From: Antedon mediterranea
Lineage: Eukaryota; Animalia; Echinodermata
NCBI RefSeq assembly: GCF_964355755.1
Contig: NC_092673.1
Coordinates: 25,603,648-25,667,647 of the forward strand
Length of the DNA stretch: 64,000 nt
Direction: 5' to 3'
The notes beneath the pieces were generated by a model. It had not been told where the DNA came from. It ran no database searches and saw only the letters and a program-made list of their open reading frames with translations. This document shows positions 1 through 14,280 of the stretch, piece by piece. How positions within the stretch are numbered: position 1 is the stretch's first letter; each line of letters opens with the position of its first letter. The position numbers were made by a program, and so were the translations under genes.

Positions 1-109
1 ACCACATTACACCCACAAAAATAAACGCCTCTCCGAATAAACTCCTCACGACGATTACACGCCCCCACTACCCCAACCACCAAGGGCATTTATTCAAATA
101 AATGCGGTA

Positions 110-950
110 ATTTCACTTTCATCTTGTCAGTATCTCATCCTCCATCTATTTGTGGGGAATTGAGCATGTGCTGATGCCGTGGCATTCTTAAAAAATAGTG
201 GAGCAGCAGTCCAACCCATATTTTCTGCAACTGCAATTCATTTAACTACAACCTTATTTACAGGTATATCTAATCAACTTTAATAGTTTGAAGAGTATTT
301 CCTATCCACTGCTATACCTGGTAATAAAGACTCACGAAATAACATTTTGCAGCAAGGGAATAGATTTGCTTTTTGCAATTTTCTCAAAAAAAAGTAGGCT
401 GTCTAAAGTCTCCATTGACTTCCCTCCATATAGAGCTACCAATGCCAAATTCCTGATGCAATGTTTTCTTTTTTTTTGGAAACTGTTTGGTTTACAAAAT
501 TTGACATACAACTCCAACTGTGATGATTTTCCAGCTTTTCCTAAACCAAATTTACTTACGGCCCATAATTATATAAAAACACAAGAGTTTACTTTGCTTT
601 CACATAACGTAACAAACATACATGGTACATAATAAATGTCTTGAAATGTTGCTGTTTCGGGCCAAGAGGTTTGATGTAGCAGTGCTCCCCCATTGATAAC
701 ATACAGTGGGCAGTGAGATGAATGTTTCTGAGTAGTCTAGCAGTGTGTATGGAGTCGATGGAGTAAAAGAGGGCTGCAGGAAAAGTACAAGGTTATTTTT
801 GAACAAATGATGCATTGTGTATGACTGTCTCACATAGCCATCAATGATGAAATAGTATATGTGAGGGAATGTGCACTGCTTCTCTATTGATAAAAATGGT
901 TGATTTTGACCCATGTGTAATAATATATGTTCTTTCCTCTTAAATTAATA
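110..950 (-). mobile_element. Degraded Academ-like (XPG + Cys-rich) transposase remnant, copy 1
   Basis: Minus-strand fragments read VINGGALLHQTSWPETATF (~700-650), LVALYGGKSMETLDSL (ORF 332..517) and a Cys cluster CSCRKYGLDCC..ECHGISTC (~235-160). Many stops and frameshifts. Boundaries approximate. Confidence 0.6.
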
Positions 951-989
951 TTCTGTCACGGTTGCTTCATTCATTGATTTAATACTGTA

Positions 990-2009
990 TGTTCTCGATG
1001 GGGGAGCACTGTGAATGCATGTAAAGTCTTTCCTTGGTGTGAACATCTGTAAAAATTAATTTGCTTTTTATACATGTAATCCAGGGATGTGATGCTACAT
1101 CCCATCTATTTGGTAAAAAAAAAGGTGTTAATCTTAAAAAGTCATAACACCTGGGCAGTAGTATGCTTACAAACTCTGTAAAACCAAACGTCTTCAAAAA
1201 AAAGATTCCATCGCCTCAGAGAAATTGGCATTGGTAGCGCTATGGAGGAATACGTTCTGGGAGAAAGTAGCAAAAAGCAAAACAGCACTTGAAATAAAGT
1301 CTATTCCCCCCAACAACAAATGCTGCAAAATGTCATTCCCTGCGTGTATATTACCATGGTACAGCAGTGGATAGAAAATACTCTTCAACCCACAGACTGG
1401 GGGATGGAAAGTTACAAATGGCGTGATGTGTCCATTGATGACAAATTTACCACCAGTTACCACTGTTTGTGACGAATACCACGGCATCATCAGCACATGC
1501 TTAATTCCTACCTATAGACAGAGGATGATAACTGGACAATGAAAATGAATGGATTAATAGATTGTAAGATTGTATAATTCTATTGTAAATGAACTGTTTT
1601 ATTAGACACCGTTAGTCCTGCATTATAATGCATAGGACTACGTTGTCTATTATTATAACCGTGGTGATTGATATCTTGATACTTAAATTTGTGTTTTTGC
1701 TGCTAAATAGCACTTAAATTAATATGTATATTGCAGTTTAAATGTTTGACACTAAAGAAATATAAAAAGCATTATAAAAACTGCTATCAAGTGGTAATTA
1801 GATATACAATATATGTTTTTTGTTCATTTTTAGACATTTTTCCCCATTGGCGGCCATTTTGTTTAAAAAAACCTATTTCCCCTACCTGGATTTTTCTAGA
1901 CTTTTAGTATGTTCATATAGGGACCTTATAGAAATGCATTGTGGTGAAAAAAATTCTGTTGCAATTTTTTCAACCTTTTACTGATTCTGAGCATATCTTT
2001 CCTGTACTA
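990..2009 (+). mobile_element. Degraded Academ-like transposon 3' part with right terminus, copy 2
   Basis: Plus-strand fragments VLDGGAL (~991), FIHVIQGCDATSHLFGK (~1068-1118, XPG/H3TH-like) and IPPTTNAAKCHSLRVYY..VQQW..QPTDWGWK..CPLMTNLPP (~1300-1455). Ends ...TTTCCTGTACTA; a CTA terminus fits Academ. Confidence 0.65.
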
Positions 2010-5000
2010 CTTGTGATTACGCAATACAGCACTTTGCGTCGATACGTCGTTGGGTTGCGTTCTGGTGGGAACCACCGAAGCATAACATTACCAGCGTATT
2101 CTTATAGCCACATGCGATATATGTGACGCTGTTTATACAGAATTGACTTATGAAATTACACCAACATTTTCTTTTATATTTATTAAACTAATTCTAATAT
2201 ATTGTTTTGTGTAGGGTCTGATTGAGATAAGTTTATTACTTCTAAACCAGATCCTAACCAAAAAAATGGGTGTATGTTAAATAAAATATGTACTATTTTT
2301 TGAATAAATAAATATTACGAAACGAAACTGAAATTCTTTTTTAGCGCATATGCAAGGTTTTTTTAATCATCACTAATTCAATTTAAGTGACATTTACTGG
2401 CAACATATTTATGATGGAAAATCACTACTTCAAAATTGATGGATTACGCATGAGTTTATTGATGGATGATTTGTATCGTATCAGAATAGTCAAACTGAAA
2501 AATATGATCACAGTTTAAGTGTCAAACGTAAGCTATACTCCAATGTAACATACACGAGGCTTCGCCAATATGAATGAACTGGGGTGCAGATTATCTTTTA
2601 CATTTCTTATTGTACCGTAACCAATCACTAATGTCAAACCAATTTTAAAATTAAACATTTTGTCATTTTACATTCAAACTGATTATTATTAATAAATAAA
2701 GATAATACATTTTGATGTACCAAATACAATTATTAAACAGTTCTCTTAAATATGGGCATTTAAATATACATAAATACTTCACTATTCGATATAGGCCTTT
2801 TCATTCCTGCTTGTTCAAAGTAGAGCGTCTTGCAGTTCAAAAGCAACAAAACACAGACAAGATACATTTTTACCGACAAGCTGACAGTTGATGTAATTTT
2901 ATGATCCTAAACGGACTGCGCATGTTAATTATTTATCTTTCATTAAACAATCCTCTACCACACATTTTCTACTTTACTATTTCTATCATTCTTACCCGAT
3001 TCTGCTGTATTGAAAATAGTCCAACGCACAGACTTGTTATCTAACTGACTTGCAATAGTCAGTTAGAAATTATCTAGTAACAGATGCAGAATCGGATGTA
3101 CTGTACAGTAAAATCTATTATAAGGTATCCAAAACTTTAAGTTCTTGTTTTAAGGAAAACAATAATATAGCTCTCTATAAAATAAGGCACATTATGAATT
3201 TTCTACATAGATTATTAACAAAGTTGTATACAAACATTCCTCGGTGGATTCGAACATGCAATCTAGTCATACAAGGTTAAACATCGTTCCAAATGATTAC
3301 TATATCTTTCTACAAGTTTTATAATTTGCAATGACCGACCTCAATATCTTTAATTAAACTTCCTCAATCTTATATGCTCTACAAGTTCTATATCTGTCTC
3401 AGCTAATATCAATTCCTCATACATGTGCCATTTGAAATCATTCTTAACTATCTTTAATCTAACATTTCTGTATATTCTTTCGTTGGTCATCCAAAATTGG
3501 TTCTGTTAAACGTAGCTCAAATACTAATTAAACAACATTGGACAATTCTGTTATACGCATCAACGTGGAACTGATCTATATTGTTTAAAACATTTAAATT
3601 ACAATACGAGTAAAATTTATGCAATCTGATATGTTTTATTTTATGAATAAAGAAGAATTATTTAAAACAGTAATAGATATATAGATAATTTTCATGTTAT
3701 TTGACATTTAAACTTTAGAACCTCTGATCTACTACTTCGCAAAAAAAAAGACGGATTCATGAATCCTGTATAGCAATTTTGAAAAACATATACATCGCAA
3801 TAATTGTTACTCCGCTTAAAAGGTGCCCCCGGAAAATTATTAAAGTCAAAAGTTATCACCGTCATATTAATCAGATTATATGTCAAAAAGTATTACTGTT
3901 ATTCCACACAATCATCATATTATCGGAAGGTATCGTGTCTACTAACAACTCTCACCCGCTTGGGGTACTGTGTAAGCCTCAACACATCACATTTTAGACA
4001 TGGCACTATGCTTGCGATAATCGGATGAAACAATAGCGGATATCTATGATTTGATTTTCTTTTATTGCGCATGCCCGACGTTCCAAATGTACTGAAAGAC
4101 TAATAACTAGGATTTGATTACTGTTTATTATTATTTAATATCATACTGTACCTTTAACATTTCCATCATTGCAAATTAATGTTTTTAAGATCACCAACTT
4201 CATTCGAGGCTTGATTATAGCTTTTTAATCAGCCTCAGCATCTATGAAACGGTACTTACCTGCACATAATGTATATCTACGCAAATTACGAAGGAATAAC
4301 CAAACGGTCATAATGTATGTTTTCTTTGACTTTATCAGATATTAAATACGTCACTGATTGTGTATGACCTCGGGTTTCTCATCTATGGATATTCCGGGTA
4401 CTATCATAATTAAAGTCTGTTAATAAGTAATACTTGCACTTTTTATTGTATACAGAATTTAGAAAATCTCTAAAATAATGCTGAAACTATACTCGAGCGA
4501 GGTTTTTATTTATTTGTTTGAAACCCCATAAAAGGCACTGCGCGATGACAAATTCATTTCTTCTCTAAGAATTACAGGCAACGTATAGTCTATGTTTTAT
4601 ATAGTAGTATGTGTTTTATAGTCTCCAATGTCACATTCTATAAACAGGCTTATTCGATAATGTTTCTGAAGACTGTGACAGGTTTTTCAAATTTCGTGAA
4701 ATTCCTATTTTGATTGAGTCACATTTTTACTATCCCATGCTAATTGTAATGTCGATAATCATAAACCTAGTTTAAGGTAATATAAATTTATCTCTGAAAT
4801 TAAAAAAAAACGTAAAGCATAAGATTAAATCAACTGAGAATTTGAAGAAATCTGAACGAGAGCATATAAAAACACATCTGATTTATTGTGTTTTCTATAA
4901 ATTGGCTGGAAAATCACTGAATTTATTATCCAGTGTTTTATGTTGTACTGTAATTTAAATTATGACAATTCGGTCAATTCGTTTTCACCAGTCCATTACG

Positions 5001-6136
5001 GGCGTATGATGGATCGTCGGTTAATTCAAACATGTTATCGTTACTTTGCTTTTTTTTTCGACGTAAACCACATTAGCGGTAATGTTATTGTTCACGATCT
5101 ATGAAATGTATGTATTTTTGTTGTCACCAAACGCAGAATACGAAGCGGTTAAGGCAGTGGCGCAAAGCAGTGTAGACATAAAATTGGCAGAGTACGGCAG
5201 TTAGTAGTCTGGGTTCCAGACGGAGTTTTGACTTAATATTAGTAAAAAGATAAATATTTTGCCACATATTGTGTTTCATACGTATACTACTACAGTACTA
5301 CAAACATCGAAAAGCCTCGAAATAACTACAGACTGATGCAAATCTAGGTAGTTAGTGGTAGAACAAGTCTTCTCGGATAAGGACTAAAGGTTCAGTGTAC
5401 GACTGGCTCGTACGAACCCAGTGTATCTAAGCCCTGTCGTTTACGGTAGGCGCTGTGTGTCTAGGTCGATTTAGGTCCGTGGGGGGCCAAAACAGAATTT
5501 TCTCAATTGACATGATCAATAATAATGTAAAGCAGACAATGTCCAAGCTTAAAACAAACAATGATTATATGTCATCTTTTTGATTAAAATTTAGATGGAA
5601 AACATGTTAACCTTTAAAAAATACAGCGTTAAAAATCAACCTAGAAAAAACACGTTATCTCTTGACAATAGTGAACACAATAAGTGATTAAGGCATAGCA
5701 CTAAACGTTCTTTGTTTATTACAAATTTCTAATTTTTCTTTAAATAACTGTGCCCTAGGGGTTAATTGATGTCTTTGATATCTATCGATATGGAAAACCT
5801 GACGAGCAATCTTATGGATGAGACATAAACATGGAGATAGGGTACCAGGTTTGTAATAATGATTGCAAATGAAACAACTTTAGAGTACTTAACATTATTT
5901 GTGCTCCATCCATTAGGAAAATTGCAATTTTGTACAAGCATGATTTGAACATCTAAGGTTTGTTGTTAAAATGAGTTATGTGAGAACATTTTACAATATC
6001 GGAGACAGTATTCTGCACAAATGAATGTTTGTGAGTGCAATGGTACAAATCATTTCAATACGAATTTTATTGATTATCGAACGCGATCAGTCAACAACAT
6101 TACGGTTGCTCACTGTGTAACAAAAATGAATTGTAA

Positions 6137-6250
6137 CTCGCTATACCGAAATTGAACTCGCATATACCGAAATTGCACTCGCATATACTGAAATTGCACT
6201 CGCATATACATAAATTGCACTAGCATGCTAACCATTGCACTCTCGATACG
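6137..6250. repeat. ~22-bp tandem repeat (CTCGCATATACCGAAATTGCA-like), about 5 degenerate units
   Basis: Units visible directly in the sequence. Confidence 0.8.
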
Positions 6251-6529
6251 GTCAACGGGTTTCGTTGGTATTATTAATGTATGTGGCACGAATAAACATT
6301 TCTTGTTGCGTGCGACTCCTCGGTTTTGTGTACAGGTCGTGTTATGTAGTTGTTTTGCTTTCCTATTTTATTAAAGATTATATACACATGCTTTCCAAAG
6401 AAAACTAAATCCATTTATAGTTCTTATCAGAAGTAGATTACCATGATTTCATTTAAAAAAACGATAGGAAAGACTAATAATAATAATTAGTAAAATGTAT
6501 GCTTGACAGTGTTAATGAAAACTTTGAAC

Positions 6530-6820
6530 TTGATTAATTCCATAGTAACCATTCCATAGCCAACGTATATGGAAACAAATTCAACTTTTTAATGTTTATG
6601 TAGAAGCCAATAAAATAGTGGTGAGAAATCATTTCATCACAAGTTTGATCTGAAATGTATTTTCGTTAAATACGCGGAGTTACTACCCACACTTGTTTCT
6701 ATGTTATTATTCGAGGAACATTTTAAAAATCAAGGCCATATACATGGCTGCAGTCGCGTGCTTAAATTTTAGTGTGTTTACCGACCGACCAACCGACCGA
6801 CATAGTGGGCTGTACAGTCC
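6530..6820. mobile_element. Possible Helentron/DINE-like fragment
   Basis: (CCGA)n microsatellite at 6781-6801 next to AGTCGCGTGC. The layout resembles HINE/DINE ends but is incomplete. Confidence 0.3.
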
Positions 6821-8525
6821 AAGAAATGTTACATGTTTATGAATATATTTTGTATTACGTTGTGCGGGATTTGAAAAACGATTTAGATAATTTTAAATTG
6901 TACAAGAACGAATTGTTTGTGTAAATTAATATACAGTTATACCGTATATTCCTCTCTTTCGTGCTTCTTTTTTATTAAGACTCAGAAATATTTCTTCGTG
7001 TCTTGAAATCGTTCCCGTGCGTGTAACCAGGGAGTGGTGTAACCTATCGAACTGTTAACCATGTTTCTACAGTGGCCTATCAGTATCTTATCTGCGTGTT
7101 TCCTGTTTAGTATGTTATTATAGAAGAAGTGTATTTCAGAACTAACCTTATTTGAAAGACATGTAAGGACAAAGAAGTGTGATTCCGACTTAATGTTTTA
7201 TGAGTGTTATTTGCTCTTAAATATGCTACTACGTCCGATAGAGGCACATGATAAATAATAAAACCTATTAATGGGAACCAATCGTTATAAATATTCATTA
7301 GGCCTACGTGCTGGTTTGTAATTATTTAGGTCTTGTTGTTGGTATTATTCCGTTATCGATACTTTTTTTTCGAATCATTTTTGTCTAAAAACAGAATGTA
7401 TCCTCTTTAGTGCTTGTTATTCTTGTATCTGTGAGTTCGGTAACAATGAAACCGTTATGCATATAAACAAATCACATGGAAAATGTATAATAAACATACA
7501 TCTATCACCCTCTGTGGAAGCTCGTTTTGTTCCTGTTTATTTATTATTCTATAGAAACACACTCACTCACCTCACTCTTTATTCCATCAAACGTTTTAAT
7601 GTTATCGATATGTGCTGTTAACTTGTGTAACAATAACCGTAGAATGAACCCCATAATTGTTAGAAAATAAAGGATATCTTACAGCTAGTAGCATAGCCAG
7701 GGAATTGAGTGAGATTCTCGCGCTAAAAAGTGTGTGGGGAGCTGTCAGATATATAGAAGAGTTGGGAAAATTATGTCGCCGATTTGCGCGTCGATCTCGA
7801 CATTGGCAAACGACACAATTTTCTAAAACCTTCCTTTATATTATCGTTCATAGCTTTTTTTCGGAATTAAAACAAATAAAGATATTTTCAACAACATTTT
7901 AACATTCAAAATATTTCTGCTTTTCTAAAATCAAGTAAATTGTTCAAATATACATTTCGCGTGGTGTACAGTGGCCTATATTATACACTATTATCCTATT
8001 ATTATATGTCTATATATAAACCTTAGACATACTAAAATGATGTAAATTCTCTATAGTTATAGCCAAACAGTTTACAATAAATAATTGACGTACGTGATTG
8101 CAATCGAAAGTTTAACTTCATTTAAATTACATGCAATTTCCCGAAGTTCGGTGATTAATTATAAGGATGATTTTGATTGCGTTTGTTAATCACAGTTATG
8201 TAAGTCGCATATTATATTTTCATTTGACCTACATTTCATAATGAAACCATTACATCAGAGATTAACGCGTCACGGCACTTTTTATTTGTTTGGAGGCATA
8301 CGGAACTGCTTCTCTTGGAACATAACGTATATTGATTTTCAAAGTTTAATGGAATCTACAATTGACTGATTAACGTACTTCAATGACGTTATGTTTAACA
8401 CATTCCGTCGTTAAGTTACAAAGACAAAGTCTGTGCAGCCCTTTATAAAATAATATATACTGTATTTTTACCTGCGTTAATGTTTAACTAGAAAGAGTGG
8501 GTAAGAGGTGGTCTGCCCCCGTTTA

Positions 8526-8838
8526 AGATGTATTGTCCCCAAAAACATGAAAAATGAAGATTAATTAAATCGACTTTGAATAGATTATTTTGTTGGTTTA
8601 ATTAAGTAAATCACTGTCGTAGAAAAAAAAACAAAAAACAAAAATGTTTCACTTATAAAATAACCAAAACTCATTGAAAGCCAATTGACTATTTTCGGCT
8701 TTAAATTACAGTTTTTTAGTTAAATATTTTTTTTTCAATCCAATTTTTTGTCAAAGCGGGTAACTATTATGTGACATTAACATGGCATATTCAACAAAAT
8801 TTGGTTAAGAATTATTTTTTCAGAGGGACAATACATCT
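8526..8838. mobile_element. MITE family B (~310 bp, TTAA target, AG..CT ends; Kolobok-like)
   Basis: TIR AGATGTATTGTCCC / GGGACAATACATCT followed by TTAA. Related copies at 22622, 34077, 43778 and 57771. Confidence 0.8.
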
Positions 8839-9880
8839 TTAAGTTCCAAAGTCAAGGTCTGTGCAGCCCTGTATAGGCTAAAATGTATATTTTTAACTTC
8901 GTTAATGTTTAACTAGAGAGAGTGGGTAAGAGGTGATCTGCCCCAGTTAATGCAAGTTTATTTATCTTAGAATTCAGCAAATAGAGTCAGAATCTTTCTT
9001 TTGGGACCTAGTTGATCAACCTCGTTACGAATTGTAAGCGCCTCTTACGTACTTATGACACGCCATAGTTGCAAACATACATTTTTAGTAGAATCGCCGT
9101 CTACAACAGACTACGAAAACACTAGCCCCTATATGAAAATAATTTCAGTAGGCCTATTTGTAATCACAGTACATTATTAATTGGTATTCCTTATTGTTTC
9201 TACGAAATCGCTACCATTGTATAGGCCTACTTATCTATCGTCGTCTAGATTCTAGAACCTAGATTACGGATACACCGGAGGCGATTAAAAAAACGTTATC
9301 ATCATAAGGCCTACTAGGCCTATTTGTAATAACTTATAGTTAGCTTCCGCTAATGTTTCTACGAAATCACCTAATTGTATTTAGCTCATAAAAAACATGA
9401 TATCAATGCACGTACATTAAATTAATGTTGTAACAATATTTTGATTATGTAATAACGGAGAAGGATGAAATTACAATTTCACTATTCCCTGGTAATACGG
9501 CTTTTCACGTGCGTAAATAAACTGCATTAACTAATTGCGTGGTGCTAAATCAGTCTTTAAAAATCATTTAAGATAATACTAATATTCGTAGGTTGTTATT
9601 AATACATAAAGTGTAAGATTGGTAAACATATTTGATAACTGTAATGTCAAGGGCTATTGATTACCGTGTTTTTATTATAGCTTAATGAACTAACTTGAGA
9701 ACAAGTTATAAAACACTGATTATTAGGGAATGTTGTACAATTTGTTATTTGAGGCTAATGGTAGGGCTAATAAAGGTCAGAATTTAATCAAACTTCTTAT
9801 AAAAAGGGTTGTTTTAACTTTGCCTTAATTTAATCATTAAAGATAATCTGTTACGGAAATTACTCCTTAACATAGTTCTT

Positions 9881-10010
9881 AAGCTTTGACTACACTATCA
9901 AATTTTATTTGACAAAAAAATTTGATGTGTCCAAATATGGTAGTGATATTCCCATATATGGTAGTGATATGAAATCATCGTGTCCATATATGGGCACATC
10001 ACATTTTTTT
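9881..10010. mobile_element. MITE family D, partial copy
   Basis: AGCTTTGACTACACTATCAAA start and internal AAATATGGTAGTGATAT repeats shared with the copies at 37179 and 42764. Confidence 0.65.
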
Positions 10011-10413
10011 ATAATTGGTAGTCCAATGGAAATAGACCTAGTTCTCATTGCTTAACAACTTATTACTTAAAACTAGGTTTTACACACTATGTATAGATTC
10101 GAGGCGTATGGAATTATACCATTTGACTATTACTAGGCCGACATTACCAGCTACTGCTGTCCACTCTAAGTAAATGTTTTTACTACTGACATTAATGATC
10201 TTTCACTGTTGAATAAATCCAACCATTAAAGTAATGATGAATGATAAAAATGTATTACGTCACCTGTTTGACTTTTTTAGAATTGATGTTGATCCTTTGC
10301 AATGGTAATGACAGATGTGTTTAGCAGTGCAGTTTACACATGGGAATTAAATTCGGGATCACGGTTTTTCAAGTGAAAATATCCGGTTTCGTAACGACAT
10401 ATGCGCAGCGTAA

Positions 10414-10529
10414 ACCGTGGTTCCCACTAGAGACACAACGCAAGGACGTACGCGTCCATCGCTTGTGATTGGTCAAATTATTTACGTTGCGTTACGTCCT
10501 TGCGTTGCGTCTCTAGTGGGAACCAAGCT
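10414..10529. mobile_element. MITE family A, internally deleted copy
   Basis: TIR TGGTTCCCACTAG / CTAGTGGGAACCAAGCT, with TAA on both sides. Confidence 0.8.
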
Positions 10530-11488
10530 TAAGCAGAAGTGTGAACAAGCTTTATATAAGCGTGTTTCTCACTTTTGATTACAACCGACGTACGTACGCA
10601 AGCGACAGTTGCGGTCATTGCGTTGCGACACGTCAAGTGTGTATGTTTTATTGACAACGCTTCTTCAAACAAAAAAGGCGCCTCACAATCTCTGACAGAT
10701 TTGTTGTTTTAATAGAAAATGACATTTTTTTCAAGTGCTATGATGTAACTTTTCTAACTAAGCAGAAATTGAAAGCTACGGTATAATTGATTGAAGATAT
10801 GCATTCTTGGTCGCTGCTGTATAATGGGAATTTGGTTTGATTGAAGTAGATCTTAAATACATCCGATAATAATAAACAATATATTATTATTAGAAAGTGG
10901 ACAACTTTGTGAGATGATGCGCACGTAATAGTAACCCATTAATGAAACGTGGTCAGGATTTAGTCAAGATTATCATTGCAATGGTCGATGATACAAATTA
11001 ATTACACCAGTAGCCTATTTACTCTATTTTCTAAAGAAATGTCTATACTGTCTGTATGCCTATTACTGATACTGCTTTATACATACGGTTTTTAACTGTT
11101 TGTTAACCCCTGTTAGGCCATATCTATTTTTCTATGTATAATTACGTACTTTTTGTGTATTGTATATCACTAAGGTGCAACTCAGGAGAAAGTAAAACAT
11201 GTATCAAATAGGTTAAATTGGGATGCCAACAACTCTTTTCTTTCTTTATTTCCATTCACAATTTGATGGGCCCATATGGACATGATGATTTCATATCATA
11301 GACATATGTCAAATTCAAACGACATTTATTTACGTCTAAAAGACAAATATTAAGAAAAAAATACAGTAATGACAGATTAAAAAATATTCTATAAAATGCG
11401 AATTTTCTCTCTGATTATTATATTATGTAGGCTACGCGCTACATGTGCGTTTTTGCGTAAGGAATACACTGACTCTCATGGACTCTTA

Positions 11489-11667
11489 AGCGTGGTTCCC
11501 ACTAGCGACGCAACACAAGGACGTAACGCAACGCAAGTGAATTGACCAATCACAAGCGATGGCTTATTCGCGTGTGATTGCTAACTGTCTATAACATCGC
11601 TTGTCATTGGTTAAAACGCTTGCGTTGCGTTTACGTCCTTGCGTTACGTTCTAGTGGGAACCAAGCT
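11489..11667. mobile_element. MITE family A (179 bp, PIF/Harbinger-like)
   Basis: TIR AGC[G/T]TGGTTCCCACTAG; near-identical to copies at 14281, 14657, 58001 and 61178. Flanks are TTA/TAA. Confidence 0.9.
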
Positions 11668-13325
11668 TAACGATCAGTAATCGGTCTACAGAGGAAATAA
11701 AATTAATTCAGTCTGCAAATTATAGTATTAGTACATAATTACTAGGAAGTTCAAGGGGTCACCCTACTTCATAATCAAACGGTACGGGTCATTTTGCTTC
11801 GAACTTTCGGGTGTTAAAACCTAGGCCTATAGATCAATAAACCAATGTGAAAATTCAGAAATTATGTTTGGAAACAGGATGTATAACATAAACCTTATTT
11901 AGGTTCATAGCAAAATAAACATAAGAACATCTGGGTAGAAATTGTCGCAATACCGAATAAACAGTGTTAATGCTAACCAATCTATATTCATTTGTAAAAT
12001 GATTTATACGAAAACGGAAAGAGGTTTAACGTTGTACAATTAGAAAATCTGAACCGGATGGAAAATTAATTGGTTATTATTTTTAATGTTGGCCTACTCC
12101 GAGTTATTATGGTCGAAACATTTATACAGACGAGCGGTAATATAAATATAGAATCTATGTTATTCCTTATGACCATTTACACACAACGTGGAGCGGACGG
12201 ACACTTTCCGCTCAGGATAGATACAGATTCTACGTGGAAAAACCTTACGCGGGTTTTCGCTTACCGTTGTCCTTAATTAGTCATTTCCCAATGCCGAATT
12301 TTACCACCTACCCGTTTCAACTAGCTCCTCTCTATTCTAACTTAAATTAAGGTTGACACTAATCGTTGGAGTTATGACGTCATTAAATTATTTGGACAGA
12401 AAAACCATGTGATATAGAAATGTTAACGGAACAATGCACTTATTGAACAAAATTATTGTCACTCAACCATACGGATAAACCATTCTTCCATGACATCAAA
12501 ACACTGTATTAACAGATTTGTAACAAATTATTAACATTCATAAATTAAATAATGATGGAGCATCTTTTCTAAATCTTGACAACAAAACAAATGGAATAAC
12601 GCACCTTTTTGATAAAAGAATTAGAGATAGAACTTCGACGAGCTAACTTTTGCTTATAACTCCAGTTTCATCAAAATCACAGCGAATTCTACTTCTCCAT
12701 ATACTTAGCCTAGGCCTAGAGCAGGTTGATACTGCAAACGAACGGTCACCTAACGGCAAGAACACCATAACATAAACATCTTTAACCTTTAGTTAAAGTC
12801 TTGTGTTCTATGTCCTGTCACGTCCAACAGGAATACCAGAACCATTACAAGAAACAGGCTGCTGGTAGTTATATTAAAACACTGTATAAATCGTAAACAC
12901 AGCACAGATGGAATCTACGATTTTCCGGTCAGGTGAACGAAAAAACAAATCGACTGTTTACTGTAAAAATTGAAACAGTTATTCGTAGCATGTAGCCACT
13001 GGGTCGACAGCGAAGTGCTCACCTTAGTTATTTAAAGTGAATCTATTTATATCGTAGAAAAATAATGTTGTTTTAATGTCGATAATATCTTTTTAGTAGT
13101 CTGCATGCACCATTGAGATCTCCTCTTCCTTGTCTACACAACACACAAAAGTGTTTTAAATTAACATTTTCGTTTTAAGGTTCTGATTTCGATTCAGTGG
13201 TTCACACTGGCGTGCATTGCATTATCCTATATTTACGTTATGGTAAATATGTACAGACACAGTATGTCAAAATAAGACATTACTGACTGCATCATATAAC
13301 TGTATAGTAATAACATTTACAATAT

Positions 13326-13858
13326 TCTTACTGAGATAAAGTTGGTTTTATTGCGTTGTTAATATTGTGCGACTCATTTCATACACGGTAACATCCCTTC
13401 ATGTTTAAGATTGATTCCCACTTGGACGCAACGCAAACATCGCGTTATTGCGCTTACGTCATGACGTTGCGTCCTGTGTGAACGCAGCTTAAACCAAAGC
13501 AATGACAATAACTTTGATTTAACTACACAAAGCAAAACAAAATTCTCGATGTTATCACTGGAACGTGTTAGTTCACCTATTATTATTATCTTATCTTACT
13601 GAGATAAAGTTGGTTTTATTGCGTTGTTAATATTGTGCGACTCATTTCATACACGGTAACATCCCTTCATGTTTAAGATTGATTCCCACTTGGACGCAAC
13701 GCAAACATCGCGTTATTGCGCTTACGTCATGACGTTGCGTCTTGTGTGAACGCAGCTTAAACCAAAGCAATGACAATAACTTTTATTTAACTACACAAAG
13801 CAAAACAAAATTCTCGATGTTATCACTGGAACGTGTTAGTTCACCTATTATTATTATT
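13326..13858. repeat. 268-bp tandem duplication
   Basis: Units start TCTTACTGAGATAAAGTTGG at 13326 and 13594. Only about 2 substitutions seen. Confidence 0.95.
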
Positions 13859-14280
13859 ATTATTTATTTTCTTAATAAACCTGAAAGTGTTCTTATGTAT
13901 ACGTCATATCTTACGTAATAATACTACACGAGTATCTCGCCAATATGTATCAAAAATTAAATAAACATGGATATAATATTGACAATAAAACTAAAAACTA
14001 AATTGAAACATATTAAAAACTTAAATTCAAACAAAAAACGATAATAAAATAAAAGCCATTCACCTTGGAATTTGACCACATTCAATATTTCCATTGTTAT
14101 TAATAGAATTGTATGGACAAATATGAATCATCTACTGGTGTGGTTTTCGACCAGAACTAATTTCTGTGTGCGTTGGTTTCTTATACCGACCACTTGAGTC
14201 ATTATACGTTGTATAAATGGAAAATCTACACAATATAAAGACAATCAGTGGCGTAACGGCTATAAGCCGTCACTGGCTAA

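Noticed and set aside
6137-6250. Regularly spaced repeats resembling a CRISPR array (also 25268-25350 and 60662-60823)
   Set aside because: They are contiguous tandem units without unique spacers, there are no cas genes, and the context is eukaryotic.
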